Shown: piece after piece, positions 31,238 through 40,862 of the stretch
Layout: each line of letters opens with the position of its first letter
How positions within the stretch are numbered: position 1 is the stretch's first letter
Origin: a virus
Lineage: Duplodnaviria; Caudoviricetes
Virus record (IMG/VR): IMGVR_UViG_3300027801_000026
Location: 1-57,037 of that record
Reading direction: 5' to 3' (one strand)
Length of the DNA stretch: 57,037 bases
Position numbers and translations under genes: made by a program
Notes under the pieces: generated by a model
Seen by the model: only the letters and a program-made list of their open reading frames with translations
Told to the model about the DNA's origin: nothing
Database searches by the model: none

Positions 31238-31238
31238 A

Positions 31239-31607
31239 CTATCTACTTACTATTTTACCTTTAACCAAGAAATCAGTACTAACGATAGAGCCAGGACTCA
31301 TTGTAATGGATTGGTTTGTTTCTAATATTATATTTGTTCCGTTATCTGTAACCGAATATGTTTCTGCAGATTTTTTTACTCCCTGTAAATACAAATCAAT
31401 GTAGTCTGCTAAATTATCCACTTTCATGTCTTCAAATACAAACTTTTTATTAGAAAAAGTAAGTGTAAATAGAACACCATCTAATGAAATAGAATCTGGT
31501 ATATGAGTAAAAATGGTTGTATCATTAATTACTTCTTGAACCAACGCCTTAAATCTAGCTCTATCATTAAAAGGAGTTATAATATTTGGTTTTTGTTTTG
31601 TGCTCAT
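31239..31607 (-). CDS. Hypothetical structural protein
   Basis: 122 aa, translationally coupled; shares a beta domain with its neighbours. Confidence 0.7.
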   Translation of the reverse strand: MSTKQKPNIITPFNDRARFKALVQEVINDTTIFTHIPDSISLDGVLFTLTFSNKKFVFEDMKVDNLADYIDLYLQGVKKSAETYSVTDNGTNIILETNQSITMSPGSIVSTDFLVKGKIVSR

Positions 31608-31936
31608 TAGTATACCTGTATATCCCCTTCTATTTTGATTACATCGCTTATAGCTAACAAATAATCGAAATTTGCCTTTTTAAATTTTATCAAAATATCC
31701 CTTCCACTTGTTGAGAATAGATAATCTTGTTCTAAAACATATTGTCCGTTTATAAATATATCAAATCGTGCGTGTTCGGGTCTAAAAACGCGTAAATTTA
31801 ATTCTAAATCTTTTAATTTTGCATTTTCAAGTTTCCATATCCAATATAAGTTATGAGACATGTTTTGAACAACCAGTTGATATTCATCTGGTTCGTGAAC
31901 TTGTTGTAAAATAGTTTGTAAATCTTTTAGTGCCAT
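31607..31936 (-). CDS. Hypothetical structural protein
   Basis: 109 aa; FDIFINGQYV domain. Confidence 0.7.
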   Translation of the reverse strand: MALKDLQTILQQVHEPDEYQLVVQNMSHNLYWIWKLENAKLKDLELNLRVFRPEHARFDIFINGQYVLEQDYLFSTSGRDILIKFKKANFDYLLAISDVIKIEGDIQVY

Positions 31937-31940
31937 AATG

Positions 31941-33101
31941 TTATAATTCTATAAATTTACCTGTTATACCGATTTCATCTGAACTTGATACAATATAGCC
32001 CAATTCAGTTTGTGATGAAACTAAATCCGTTGGATATGTACCACCTTCTGATAAAGAACCTGTATTGAAATTAAAAGTAATCTCTGTTCCTACTTCTTCA
32101 TAATTATATTTTTGATGTGCAACATATACACCATTTACATATACTCTAAACCAATCATCCGTATTAAATACTCCGTTTAATTCAGGTGGTAATTTAGGCA
32201 AATCAACAGATGTTAATTTTACACTATCATCATCTACAAAAGTAGCCTGTTTTGAACCACGAATAGACATAAAATCAATTATATCAGAATATTCGTTATA
32301 CATTTTCTTTTTAACTTCAGAATTTGTTCCATTTCCACCAGATAATCCAGTTAAATCAGTTTCTAATCCCCAAACTACCTTTTTTGGAGATAGGGATTTC
32401 TTATGAGTTGTTTCGTTGTTAAATTGTTCTGGTAATAGGTAAGCATTTACCATCATAGTAAATGTAGTTCTAACTATTCGCTGAGAACCCTCACCAACTT
32501 CGGTAGTATTATCAAATGAATCAATTTTTACTCTAAACTTAAATCCACTTTTATCACCCCAATATTCATCAGTAGCATATTGAAACGCCTCTACTATCTT
32601 ATTCATATGTTCTGTAAAATCAGTCCATACTAGTACTTCATATGAAATTGTAACATAATCTGGCATTACAACATCAAATATTTCAACTGGTCTTGCCGTA
32701 CCAGTCATTGCTGAAAACTTATCGTATTTATGTTTTTTAGAATATTTTGATATTGATGGATAAGATACATGACGATTCATAGTAGATGACATTCCTTCAT
32801 CTCGTTCAATTGAATTTCTCTTAAACATTATAAGAGGAATTTGTAATTGTCCGTTTTTATCTCTTAAGTACCCATTTTTTTGAATGGCCTTCCATCTTTC
32901 AGGATTACCATACATTACAGGTACTTTTATTTTTTCTCTAAATACTTCAATAGATGGTACAACAGTATCTATCATGTGTTCGGCTATGGCCAAATCAACA
33001 TCATATAAACGAACCCCTCTTCCTTTTTCTTGGATAGGTGCTTCTATTTTTAATTGCTCTCCTCTATTTATCGGAAGATTTTTTAGTGGGTCTACTGCCA
33101 T
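31941..33101 (-). CDS. Tail completion / sheath terminator protein (gp15-like) with C-terminal extension
   Basis: VPVMYGNPERW, QIPLI and PDYVTISYE motifs. Follows the neck genes. Confidence 0.65.
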   Translation of the reverse strand: MAVDPLKNLPINRGEQLKIEAPIQEKGRGVRLYDVDLAIAEHMIDTVVPSIEVFREKIKVPVMYGNPERWKAIQKNGYLRDKNGQLQIPLIMFKRNSIERDEGMSSTMNRHVSYPSISKYSKKHKYDKFSAMTGTARPVEIFDVVMPDYVTISYEVLVWTDFTEHMNKIVEAFQYATDEYWGDKSGFKFRVKIDSFDNTTEVGEGSQRIVRTTFTMMVNAYLLPEQFNNETTHKKSLSPKKVVWGLETDLTGLSGGNGTNSEVKKKMYNEYSDIIDFMSIRGSKQATFVDDDSVKLTSVDLPKLPPELNGVFNTDDWFRVYVNGVYVAHQKYNYEEVGTEITFNFNTGSLSEGGTYPTDLVSSQTELGYIVSSSDEIGITGKFIEL

Positions 33102-33661
33102 TATATTGTTCTTTCATCTATTTGTACTTGGCTTCTTCTTACCATAATTCCTGAAGCTATTAGTTGATTACTTGCATCTGCAAACGTATTAGTTTCTTTA
33201 TCATATATTTCAGGTTGTCCACCAATCCATTGTGGTTCTCTAACATTATCTAATTCATAGTATATTCCATCAAATAAAATAACATCACCAATTTCAGGAT
33301 ATCCAACTTCTACATTTTGTATGGCTTCTGTTGGTATGAGTGTACCATTTATATCTCTAACCTTTGGAACTGCATATGAAGTTTCTCGGATTCTCTGTAT
33401 ATTAAATCTAAATTCAACCATACCCTGTCTATCTGCACCAAAACCCTCATATACAATATTTATTGGTTCTCTATCTACAATACACATTAATGTAGAAGGT
33501 GCTCTCCATACCTTACCGAGAGATTCTCCGTATAAATTTGTTTTGGTTTCACCAACTGATACTTTAAATAAAACAATTGCTTGCTCTACTACATAATCAA
33601 CTACTTCTTCTGAAATAGTTTTTATGAAATCTAAATCCTTTGCATTGAAAAACTTTGGCAT
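33101..33661 (-). CDS. Neck / head closure protein (gp14-like)
   Basis: NLYGES and PEIGDVI...YYEL motifs; synteny. Confidence 0.65.
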   Translation of the reverse strand: MPKFFNAKDLDFIKTISEEVVDYVVEQAIVLFKVSVGETKTNLYGESLGKVWRAPSTLMCIVDREPINIVYEGFGADRQGMVEFRFNIQRIRETSYAVPKVRDINGTLIPTEAIQNVEVGYPEIGDVILFDGIYYELDNVREPQWIGGQPEIYDKETNTFADASNQLIASGIMVRRSQVQIDERTI

Positions 33662-33665
33662 AATA

Positions 33666-34817
33666 TTATCCTACATAAATTGCTAATGGAACTTTATTCA
33701 TAACGGTCTGTTGTTGGTCGACCATTGCTGCTTCATTCTCCATTCGTTGTTTCTTACTTACTTCATTTAAGTTTTCTCTTAGTTGTTCTACTAAGTTATC
33801 CTTCTCTGTTTGTGCTTCGGCTCTTAAAGCCGCACCATCTAACGATACGTCTGAACCAGGAATTGGAACAGATGAATATTTTTCTCTAACTGCACCCAAT
33901 ATTTCCTTTGCCAAAGCAAGTGTATATTTTCTAATCCATTGTTTACCAACATCATTGATATTAAGGTATTTAGCAAAATTATATCCTATGTTTGAATAAT
34001 CAGATACTACATTTGGTAGAATAACAGTTGATGCTTCTCTAACCTCTTTCACAACTTGATATTCGAAATGATATAGATAGTCCTTTTCGGGTATTGGAAA
34101 AACTTGTAATTTATTATTTACTATATTAAATGTATGTGCTGATTTTCTAATCTGGTCATTGAATTCTATTTGTTGAATTCTTAATAAATCCTCGTAAATA
34201 GGCATCATAATAAATTGTGCTGCTGGTGAGAATGAACCGAATCCAAATTCATCAATTAAATTAAGAGTTCCTTGTCCACTTACCGAATAGGGGTCAAAGA
34301 ATCTTTGAATAGCAGGTGAGGCTTCGTGAAATACCTTAGTTACATCAATTCTTTCTCCACTTTCACTTACTGCACCCCATAAAGCTTGTAAATCATAGTC
34401 CTGTACTCCTTTTTTTGCATTAATAGAACCACTTTTTATATCAGCTCTACCACCTACATTTGCTTGGTTACCATATGATTCAGCAATAGTGATAATGTTT
34501 ATTAATTCAGAACCATTTACGGATTGATGTGTGTAATTCGATCCTGTTGGTTGTCCTTCAAGAGAACCAAGATTGTTTCGTATATTAAATTGATTTACTT
34601 GTGCAGAATACTCTGATACCGATTCTTCGAATACAGCAAAGAAGTTATCTGCTTGTAATTCAATATCTATGATTGGATACCCCAATCTTTTAGCACACCA
34701 TGATGCTACTTTAGGGGCATCAGTTTGAAAATTCGTATCCGAATCAAACGTTCCAAATGGTGTTGATGATCCTGATGTGAATGTTGATGAACCCGTCCAA
34801 ATTCTTGCTTGAGACAT
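33666..34817 (-). CDS. Neck / head-tail adaptor (gp13-like)
   Basis: RLGYPIIDIEL and WIRKYTLALAKEILG.VREKY...LDG motifs. Confidence 0.8.
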   Translation of the reverse strand: MSQARIWTGSSTFTSGSSTPFGTFDSDTNFQTDAPKVASWCAKRLGYPIIDIELQADNFFAVFEESVSEYSAQVNQFNIRNNLGSLEGQPTGSNYTHQSVNGSELINIITIAESYGNQANVGGRADIKSGSINAKKGVQDYDLQALWGAVSESGERIDVTKVFHEASPAIQRFFDPYSVSGQGTLNLIDEFGFGSFSPAAQFIMMPIYEDLLRIQQIEFNDQIRKSAHTFNIVNNKLQVFPIPEKDYLYHFEYQVVKEVREASTVILPNVVSDYSNIGYNFAKYLNINDVGKQWIRKYTLALAKEILGAVREKYSSVPIPGSDVSLDGAALRAEAQTEKDNLVEQLRENLNEVSKKQRMENEAAMVDQQQTVMNKVPLAIYVG

Positions 34818-34882
34818 ATTTTTTTTCCTTATTATTCAGTTATACATCTATAAATATTGGAAATTTAAATTAAAGGTGTTTA

Positions 34883-35302
34883 CTATAAAGACTGTTTAAA
34901 TAACTTCATCGCTTCATCTAATGTATCAACATATTCATTGTTTACTCTAAATTGATTTGAATCTGAATTATATATGATATGAATACAATCTTTAACAAGT
35001 AATCTGTTTTCGTTATTCTGTGTTGGGGTAACTACTCTTAGGTTTTCTAACTTATTGTTTTTTCTATCTCTATCAATGTGGTCTACATTCATTTTATTCG
35101 GTATCTCACCCTTCCATGCTTGTAATACTAATCTATGAATTAACTTAGTTGCTACAACTTTATCTTTCCTTAGATTTATTTGTACGTACCCTTTCTGATT
35201 ATATCTTGATTTAAGAATTCTATTTGTTTTCTTATTACGAACAGTTCCTTTGTTAGAAATCTCGTATCCATCATATAATGGGTGTGTTTTATATTGTTCC
35301 AT
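34883..35302 (-). CDS. Free-standing NUMOD4-HNH homing endonuclease
   Basis: YEISNKG.VRN, IHRLV and VDHIDRDRKNNKLENLR motifs. Likely start ATG 35302. Confidence 0.85.
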   Translation of the reverse strand: MEQYKTHPLYDGYEISNKGTVRNKKTNRILKSRYNQKGYVQINLRKDKVVATKLIHRLVLQAWKGEIPNKMNVDHIDRDRKNNKLENLRVVTPTQNNENRLLVKDCIHIIYNSDSNQFRVNNEYVDTLDEAMKLFKQSL

Positions 35303-35316
35303 GTATATAAGTATAG

Positions 35317-35349
35317 AAAAAAGGGGTATTAACATAAAGTGTACCCCTT
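35317..35349 (-). terminator. Second terminator-like hairpin downstream of the MCP gene
   Basis: AAGGGGTA/TACCCCTT stem followed by a T run. Confidence 0.6.
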
Positions 35350-35365
35350 AATCTAAATTATAGAC

Positions 35366-35395
35366 AAAAAAAGAGGGATAAATTAATATCCCTCT
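35366..35395 (-). terminator. Rho-independent terminator after the MCP gene
   Basis: AGAGGGATA-TTAATT-TATCCCTCT followed by T6. Confidence 0.85.
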
Positions 35396-35461
35396 AATTT
35401 GTAAATACCTAAGTATTTTACTTCAAGTAAGTTTAAAACTTAATTAACTATAATCAATCGA

Positions 35462-37060
35462 TTATAAGTTAGCTAAATCCTTTACATATACTTTTCCGTA
35501 AAATTCTGGTCTAACCATCTTCTTAGCATATCTCGTCATAACGCCACGTCTTGGTGTGAAGTTAGTTGGGTCATATACTAGAGGAGTCATGATTAAAGGT
35601 ACATATGGTGCGTAAACAGCTCCAGTTTCAAGGAAATTACTTCCTTTGAATCCTAACAAGATTTCGTTTGAAGTCATGTAAGGGTTTTTGTAAACTGTGT
35701 ATCTGTTTGCGATAGAACCAATAGTAGTTACACCGGCTGCGAAAGATGTAGCATCTTTATCAGCTGAAACTGTAAATCCTGGGATTGATTCTAAAATAGT
35801 ACATACATCTGGAGAAGCAACAACGAAGTTAGCTCCACCTCTAAGTGTCAATTGGTGAATCTTGTTTGAAACTTTATTAAGTTTCGCACCAAGAGTCTGG
35901 AACCAAGAGTTCTTAGTATAAGCAGCTGAATTAGTTCCAGCAACCCATGCAGTGTTAGCTGAATCATATTCTTCACCTAAAGTTACAGACCAGTATTCAG
36001 TTGTTAAAGCATTAGCTTTTAACATATCAAGGATTTCTAAGTCAATCTCTAAAGAGATATATTCAGATAACATTGAAGTTAATTCTGCTTCTGCATCAAT
36101 TGAATGGTATGCGTTTAAATCCTGTGCTAACTCTGGAGTCCATACAGCCTTTAGTTTTCTAGTCTTAGCAACAATTGCTTCAGACTTTAATTCTAAATCT
36201 ACTTCTGGAATTCCGATATCAGCTGGTGTTCCTGGAGTGTTATCTTCAAAATCACCTCTGTTAGCTTCTACTGGAGCTTCAGAATATTTAACTGTTAAAT
36301 CATCAGCGAATAATAATCCTGCTGTTTTCGCGAAGAAAACTGCGTTAGTACTAGATATTTTAGAGTGTGCTGGGTAAAATCCATCAGCAACTGAAAAATC
36401 AGATGCAGATATGTGGAATGAACGTACAGCATCTAAATCAGGTCTTGTTAAACCAGAATAAGCAAAAGATACTTTTGCTAATGTTCCAGCTGCTACTGAA
36501 GCTGATAATGAACTATCATAGTTCACATCTGCCCATGAAGCTGATGCTATTGTTAAGTCCGCGTTTGCGATATCCGTTGAACCGTCATTTACTGAGTATC
36601 CAAATCTACCTTCACCGTATAAACCGTTTATAGCTGAATCAGTAGAACCTACGTCCGTACCAGTACCACCGAAAAGTGATTTTCCGCTAAATCCAGGGTT
36701 ACCCGCTTGAGCTGTACCATATTTAAAATCTAGATAAAAGATTAGTCCAGATGGTAAGTTCATTGGTTGTACACTAACGAATTCTTTAGAAGCAATCTCG
36801 CCAAAGATTCTTCTTACTAATGGAAGGGCAACGCCACTCCATTCTTCATTACCAGCAGAAGTACCTGTTGCGGTAGCTTCATCTAATAATTGTTTTGCTT
36901 GGTTCTCTAAAAGAACCGAAATTTGAGATTGCTCTCTGTCTGCTAAACCTTCAAGAAGTCCAGTTTGTTCCCATTTACCTTTAAGTTCTCTAGTCTCTGC
37001 TAGCATAACTTGCTGTGGGTTCTTTCCTTCCATTAATTTAGATAAATCAAAATTTGCCAT
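35462..37060 (-). CDS. Major capsid protein (gp23-like)
   Basis: VQPMNLPSGLIFYL, KTRKLKAVWTPELAQDLNAYH and YAPYVPL...F.PRRG.MTRY motifs. Confidence 0.97.
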   Translation of the reverse strand: MANFDLSKLMEGKNPQQVMLAETRELKGKWEQTGLLEGLADREQSQISVLLENQAKQLLDEATATGTSAGNEEWSGVALPLVRRIFGEIASKEFVSVQPMNLPSGLIFYLDFKYGTAQAGNPGFSGKSLFGGTGTDVGSTDSAINGLYGEGRFGYSVNDGSTDIANADLTIASASWADVNYDSSLSASVAAGTLAKVSFAYSGLTRPDLDAVRSFHISASDFSVADGFYPAHSKISSTNAVFFAKTAGLLFADDLTVKYSEAPVEANRGDFEDNTPGTPADIGIPEVDLELKSEAIVAKTRKLKAVWTPELAQDLNAYHSIDAEAELTSMLSEYISLEIDLEILDMLKANALTTEYWSVTLGEEYDSANTAWVAGTNSAAYTKNSWFQTLGAKLNKVSNKIHQLTLRGGANFVVASPDVCTILESIPGFTVSADKDATSFAAGVTTIGSIANRYTVYKNPYMTSNEILLGFKGSNFLETGAVYAPYVPLIMTPLVYDPTNFTPRRGVMTRYAKKMVRPEFYGKVYVKDLANL

Positions 37061-37087
37061 TTTTATTTTCCTTTTTTTGGGTTAAAA

Positions 37088-38254
37088 TTATTTAATATTT
37101 GCTAGTTGTTTGAATCTATCAGCCATCGTGTTAGTTGATTCAGTAATTACTTCCTTAGAAGGAGCAGTACTTGCAACTGATTTAGATGCGAATGATTCAG
37201 TCAATTTCGCGGTTGGTTTTTGTTTTCTTGAAGTACCACCAATTTTTAGTGATTCAGCAAGAGTTGAAAATACTAATTTAACTTCTCTAACATTCTTAGT
37301 TCTGTCTAACGTTTCAACAACTTTCATTTTTTGGTCATTGCTTAAGTCATAAGAACGGAATAGTTTGTTAGTGTAAAGTAATTTAGCATTTAATAAATTT
37401 ACTTCGTTGATAGTTGATTTCAATTCCTTGATAGTACTTATTGCTTCTTCAAGCTCATTTTGTACTTCTTCAAGTTCATTAGTTTCTTCTACAACTTCCT
37501 CTTCAGATTCATCATCTTCTCCGTATCCCATTTCTTTAAGGATCTCGTCTAAGTTGATTTCTTCATCTAATTCTTCTTCAAAGTCTTCATCTTCTTCTTC
37601 AGAAACTTCTTCACCTTCAGATTCTTCATCATGATGTTCTTCTTCGATTTCTTCTGCAGGAACTTCTTCCTCTTCAGAAACTTCATCTTCGTGATGTTCT
37701 TCTTCGTGTGCTTCAACTTCGTCTGATGCGATATCGGATACTTCTTCAGATTCTTCATCATCAAGTTCTTCTTCAAGTTCTCTAATGATTGCCTCTAAAT
37801 CAAGTTCGTCTTCGTCTTCTTCAGATTCAACTTCTTCTTCTTCAGAAACTTCTTCTTCAGCTTCTTCAGCTGGAGCTTCAACTTCTTCTTCAGAAACTTC
37901 TTCTTCTTCTTCGGATTCATCTTCAGCTTCATCAGCTTCAATTTCTTCTTCTTCAGTTACAGTTTCTTCAGTTACTTCTTCACCTTCTTCAGATTCTTCT
38001 TCTTCAGTTACAGTTTCTTCAACTACATCTGATTCTTCTCCTTCTAATTCGTGTGTTTCTACTACTTCGTTTTCTTCAACTTCTTCTTTATCTTCATCCG
38101 CTTCTTCAATTTCTTGAGTTAGTTTCTGAGATAGAATAGATTGTAAACGAGGTGTGAACGCTTCTTCTAAAGCGATTTTAGCGTTTGCGATTGCAGTAGC
38201 CCTTACAGCTTTTGCATCAGCGATAGCTTCTTTTAACAAATTTGAGTTTGTCAT
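37088..38254 (-). CDS. Prohead scaffold/core protein (gp22-like)
   Basis: Extremely Glu-rich middle region; EVNLLNAKLLY motif; directly upstream of the MCP gene. Confidence 0.8.
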   Translation of the reverse strand: MTNSNLLKEAIADAKAVRATAIANAKIALEEAFTPRLQSILSQKLTQEIEEADEDKEEVEENEVVETHELEGEESDVVEETVTEEEESEEGEEVTEETVTEEEEIEADEAEDESEEEEEVSEEEVEAPAEEAEEEVSEEEEVESEEDEDELDLEAIIRELEEELDDEESEEVSDIASDEVEAHEEEHHEDEVSEEEEVPAEEIEEEHHDEESEGEEVSEEEDEDFEEELDEEINLDEILKEMGYGEDDESEEEVVEETNELEEVQNELEEAISTIKELKSTINEVNLLNAKLLYTNKLFRSYDLSNDQKMKVVETLDRTKNVREVKLVFSTLAESLKIGGTSRKQKPTAKLTESFASKSVASTAPSKEVITESTNTMADRFKQLANIK

Positions 38255-38442
38255 AATTTACCTTTCGATTTTATTTGTGTTTGTGAAAATATTGTGGATT
38301 TTCAATAGAAAATTAAAAAATCGGTTTTTTTGGGTTACCCTACATAAGAACTTCGTGGGTATTCATAAACCAATATAGTAAATCCACATTAATGGTGGAT
38401 TATTAGTAATAAGTATATAAAAATAGATTATAACGTAAGATA

Positions 38443-38748
38443 TTAATCTCTTTTATCGTTTCTTTTATCTTTTTTATCTAAATTCCTTTGTTTTTTAGGT
38501 TTTTTAGTATAAAACTTTGCTTTAGTATCACCATTGCCTTGTTTATCAAGTATGGTTTGTTTTTCTTGTTCTCTAACAGCCAATTGTTTTTCTCTTCTAC
38601 GAACAGTTGTGGGTTTTTTGTAGTATCTTCTTTCTCTTACTTCCATAAGGTGACCAGAATCCATACTTCTTCTTTTAAATATCTTAAGTGCTCTGTTGAT
38701 ATCTCCCTTTCTTACTTCAACGGAAACAATTGGTAATCTTTTACTCAT
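38443..38748 (-). CDS. rpsU: Phage-encoded ribosomal protein bS21 with basic C-terminal extension
   Basis: VEVRKGDINRALKIFKR...G.L.E.R.RRYYKKPT..RR matches the bS21 signature. Confidence 0.85.
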   Translation of the reverse strand: MSKRLPIVSVEVRKGDINRALKIFKRRSMDSGHLMEVRERRYYKKPTTVRRREKQLAVREQEKQTILDKQGNGDTKAKFYTKKPKKQRNLDKKDKRNDKRD

Positions 38749-38775
38749 TCTCCTTTTTTTAAATAACTTGGTTGA

Positions 38776-39111
38776 TTATGATATTTTTTTTACGATAAAA
38801 TCAATATCTAAAAGAATCCCATATCCAGCACCTTCGTAGTTATACATTGGTTTGAATTTTAATTTAGTTTTCTTTTCAGCGTATTTGGCCAATTGTTTAG
38901 TTATATCATCTTTTGATGTATTACCTAATTTTTCTATCTTATCCAACTCAACTGATTTTCTAGGGATGAATTGAATTATAGGCTGTCCGTTATGTGCTTT
39001 CCTACCACCGGTTACCAAGAAATCAGGAAATACCGATGGTAAATCGGATTTATTATCAGTAGATTGTAACACTACCTTTCCTTCATTAAGTATATCTGAA
39101 AGTTTTATCAT
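38776..39111 (-). CDS. Putative internal head protein (MIKLSDILNE leader)
   Basis: 111 aa; leader shared with 41526 and 42748. Confidence 0.65.
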   Translation of the reverse strand: MIKLSDILNEGKVVLQSTDNKSDLPSVFPDFLVTGGRKAHNGQPIIQFIPRKSVELDKIEKLGNTSKDDITKQLAKYAEKKTKLKFKPMYNYEGAGYGILLDIDFIVKKIS

Positions 39112-40862
39112 TATGATAATTGAAATAGTTTTTCTTCTGCAGCTGCATTGGTTCTGTAATCATAATGTTTTGAATTTACTCCAAAATCTTTTAGGGATTT
39201 TTCTAACCAAATTCTATATTTTATTTTACCATACTTTTTTTCTACTTTAGAAAGTATATCGTAAAATTTAGTTTCAGATTTACCAGATTTCTTTTTAAGT
39301 TGAGATATTTCTTTTTTATCTTCTTTAATTTCATTACGTCTCACTATCATTCCCGCACCACCATCCTTTTTAACGGATTTTAAAAACTTCTTTGCATCTG
39401 ATTCAGATTTATAAGAAGCAGTTGCTGGTTTTATACTACGGTTTGATACATCTTTTTTAACTTTAAACAATACATGAAATGGAGTTCCTTCTGTAATTGT
39501 AGATTCATCTAAATCTATCATTTTATCAAATTCAACAAATGATATAGCATCTTTGGGGTTTACTTTGAATTTCTTGGCGGCCTTTAATACAAGTTCTCTT
39601 GTGATTTTAGAGTTTGGTAATTTATCAATTAGTTTAGAAAAGTTACCATCTACCCATACCTTTGGATTCTTAGTAGTTTTTTCGTTAACTGATGATTCAT
39701 TAAATACAGTATAATTTTTGATACCTATCTTCTTTACAAGTTTATCAATTGCATGATAATCTCTATCAGGATGATTTCCATCTCCAAGTTCTATTTCAAC
39801 TTGACCTTTAGTTGGTCCGATTTTACTTACTTGTACTTTATATTTTTTATTTATCTTTTGGACTGCCTTTTTTAAAGCATCTACCTTATTAGAATTTGGT
39901 GGAGTTACCGATTCTCCAAATAATCCTACTAAATCTCCTTGGTATTTATTTCCTGGTCTACCAGAAAGTGCAGTTGCAAAATTCAATCTATCTTTTAACT
40001 TACCTTTTTTAAGAAATTTAAAAAGTTCCTTATCATTAAGGCTATAATCTTTTATAAATTTTTCTACTGCAGAACCACGAGTTCCTGTTAATCCAGCAAT
40101 ACCCATTGATAATTTACTAACTTCATTAATATTTTCTGCAAACTTAACCAAATCTCTAGCTCTTTTAACTAAAGTTTTAGAAGGGATACCATATGTATCA
40201 CTCATTACATCTTGTGTGAATTTGTTTGTTAGGAAACCTTGTAGTTCTTTTTTAGTAGCAACACCAACTCCGAATGAATCTTTTGCAACTTTATCTAATT
40301 CTTGAGCAGTTAACTTACCTTTAAAGTAATCTGTTAATGCATCTTTTTTAAAGTTGTATTTCTTTTCGTTTACTACTGATTCGAATGTTCTCTTCTTAGA
40401 TTTAGATACAATTTTTAAATCTTTTTCTTTTGCTAAGATGTATTTTTCAAATCTTCCATCTTTACCTAAGTTAACTTTGTATTCACCATTATCATATCTA
40501 ACTACATCACCAACAAACTTTTTCTTATATTTAGGGTCTATCCATTGAACTCTTGCATCGTAAAATTTTGGATTGATTTTTTCGTTTATTATAGATTCGT
40601 TTGGTGATGTTTGTACCGAACCGGTTGTTATAGTACCTGTTGATGTTCTATTACTAAATTTAACATGCTCTTCATCTAATACAGTTCCTTCGTATATAGA
40701 TTTAAGATATTTGATAAAATCAGTATCTTTACTCATACTCTTAAACTCTTTATCTGAAAAGACTTTCTTAACAAAGTCTCTAACATCTTTAGAATCTTGT
40801 CTTATTTGGTCTATTTGAGAAAACATACCTTCGTTCATAGTTGATTTGTTTTTATTATCCAT
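39111..40862 (-). CDS. Putative internal head polyprotein (about 8 small basic modules joined by ES..NE linkers)
   Basis: Likely start ATG 40862, overlapping the upstream stop. Linkers TMNE, NESIINE, ESVVNE, ENINE, NESSVNE, ESTITE, NEIKE. Confidence 0.65.
   Translation of the reverse strand: MDNKNKSTMNEGMFSQIDQIRQDSKDVRDFVKKVFSDKEFKSMSKDTDFIKYLKSIYEGTVLDEEHVKFSNRTSTGTITTGSVQTSPNESIINEKINPKFYDARVQWIDPKYKKKFVGDVVRYDNGEYKVNLGKDGRFEKYILAKEKDLKIVSKSKKRTFESVVNEKKYNFKKDALTDYFKGKLTAQELDKVAKDSFGVGVATKKELQGFLTNKFTQDVMSDTYGIPSKTLVKRARDLVKFAENINEVSKLSMGIAGLTGTRGSAVEKFIKDYSLNDKELFKFLKKGKLKDRLNFATALSGRPGNKYQGDLVGLFGESVTPPNSNKVDALKKAVQKINKKYKVQVSKIGPTKGQVEIELGDGNHPDRDYHAIDKLVKKIGIKNYTVFNESSVNEKTTKNPKVWVDGNFSKLIDKLPNSKITRELVLKAAKKFKVNPKDAISFVEFDKMIDLDESTITEGTPFHVLFKVKKDVSNRSIKPATASYKSESDAKKFLKSVKKDGGAGMIVRRNEIKEDKKEISQLKKKSGKSETKFYDILSKVEKKYGKIKYRIWLEKSLKDFGVNSKHYDYRTNAAAEEKLFQLS

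Noticed and set aside
37567-37776. Lys-rich 69-aa minus-strand ORF inside the scaffold gene
   Set aside because: Off-frame reading of GAA-rich low-complexity sequence.
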